A DNA stretch of 37,501 nucleotides from a virus (lineage: Duplodnaviria > Heunggongvirae > Uroviricota > Caudoviricetes). The stretch's first letter is position 1, and each line of letters begins with the position of its first letter. Under the pieces are notes generated by a model. The model searched no databases, was not told the DNA's origin, and saw only the letters and a list, made by a program, of their open reading frames with translations. A program made the position numbers and the translations under genes. Positions 37,361 to 37,501 of this stretch are shown here, one piece after another. The stretch is taken from IMG/VR virus record IMGVR_UViG_2526164690_000052. One strand, written 5' to 3'.

Positions 37361-37501
37361 ATGTCGCAAAAATCGCTTACAGCCATCACGTTCTGCGTGA
37401 CGGTAATCCTCATCATCTGGATGCTACACGGTTCGCTGTGTGAAATACGGATGAGCTTCTGGGGAGCGGAGTTTGCGGCGTTCTTACAGTGTAAGCAGTA
37501 A
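37361..37501 (+). CDS. Hok/Gef-family type I toxin (small membrane peptide)
   Basis: 46-aa ORF MSQKSLTAITFCVTVILIIWMLHGSLCEIRMSFWGAEFAAFLQCKQ; TM helix followed by SLCE(I/L) and (E)xAAFL motifs shared with HokA/Hok as recalled; below ORF-track cutoff; stop codon is the last 3 bases of the window. Confidence 0.65.
   Translation: MSQKSLTAITFCVTVILIIWMLHGSLCEIRMSFWGAEFAAFLQCKQ

Noticed and set aside
1-37501. CRISPR arrays, tRNA or rRNA genes, and a LexA box (CTGT-N8-ACAG) near regulatory genes
   Set aside because: No regularly spaced direct repeats with unique spacers, no tRNA-like cloverleaf candidates and no convincing LexA box were seen by eye; a tRNA integration target would lie outside the window to the left of int.

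Overview
The window is a near-complete P2-like temperate myovirus prophage (about 37 kb) from an enterobacterial host. Evidence is gene-by-gene protein recognition plus synteny; no searches were run, so all homology calls are from memory of the families. Order: int and an XRE-type immunity repressor (minus strand) with two extra genes between them; divergent early operon ending in replication protein A; ParM/ParR-like partition pair and a moron; internal cos region; portal Q and terminase P (minus); capsid/packaging genes O N M L X; lysis cassette; a large DUF1737/SASA-type esterase; tail completion, baseplate and fibre genes R S V W J I H G; an AT-rich acetyltransferase moron; tail sheath-to-U block; D; an IS10-disrupted cargo gene; ogr; and a Hok-family toxin gene at the right edge. 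Most notable: (1) a cargo pair inside the lysogenic repressor-integrase operon, with a 12-residue motif shared between the repressor C-terminus and the first cargo protein; (2) plasmid-type stability functions (ParMR, Hok) in an integrative phage; (3) the FI-FII-E-T-U tail block lies on the opposite strand to D and the other late genes, unlike canonical P2; (4) an exactly delimited 1329-bp IS10 with 9-bp target duplication splitting a 379-aa cargo ORF; (5) a frameshifted tail-fibre assembly gene. No CRISPR array, tRNA or rRNA was recognised. Attachment sites could not be located without flanking host sequence.
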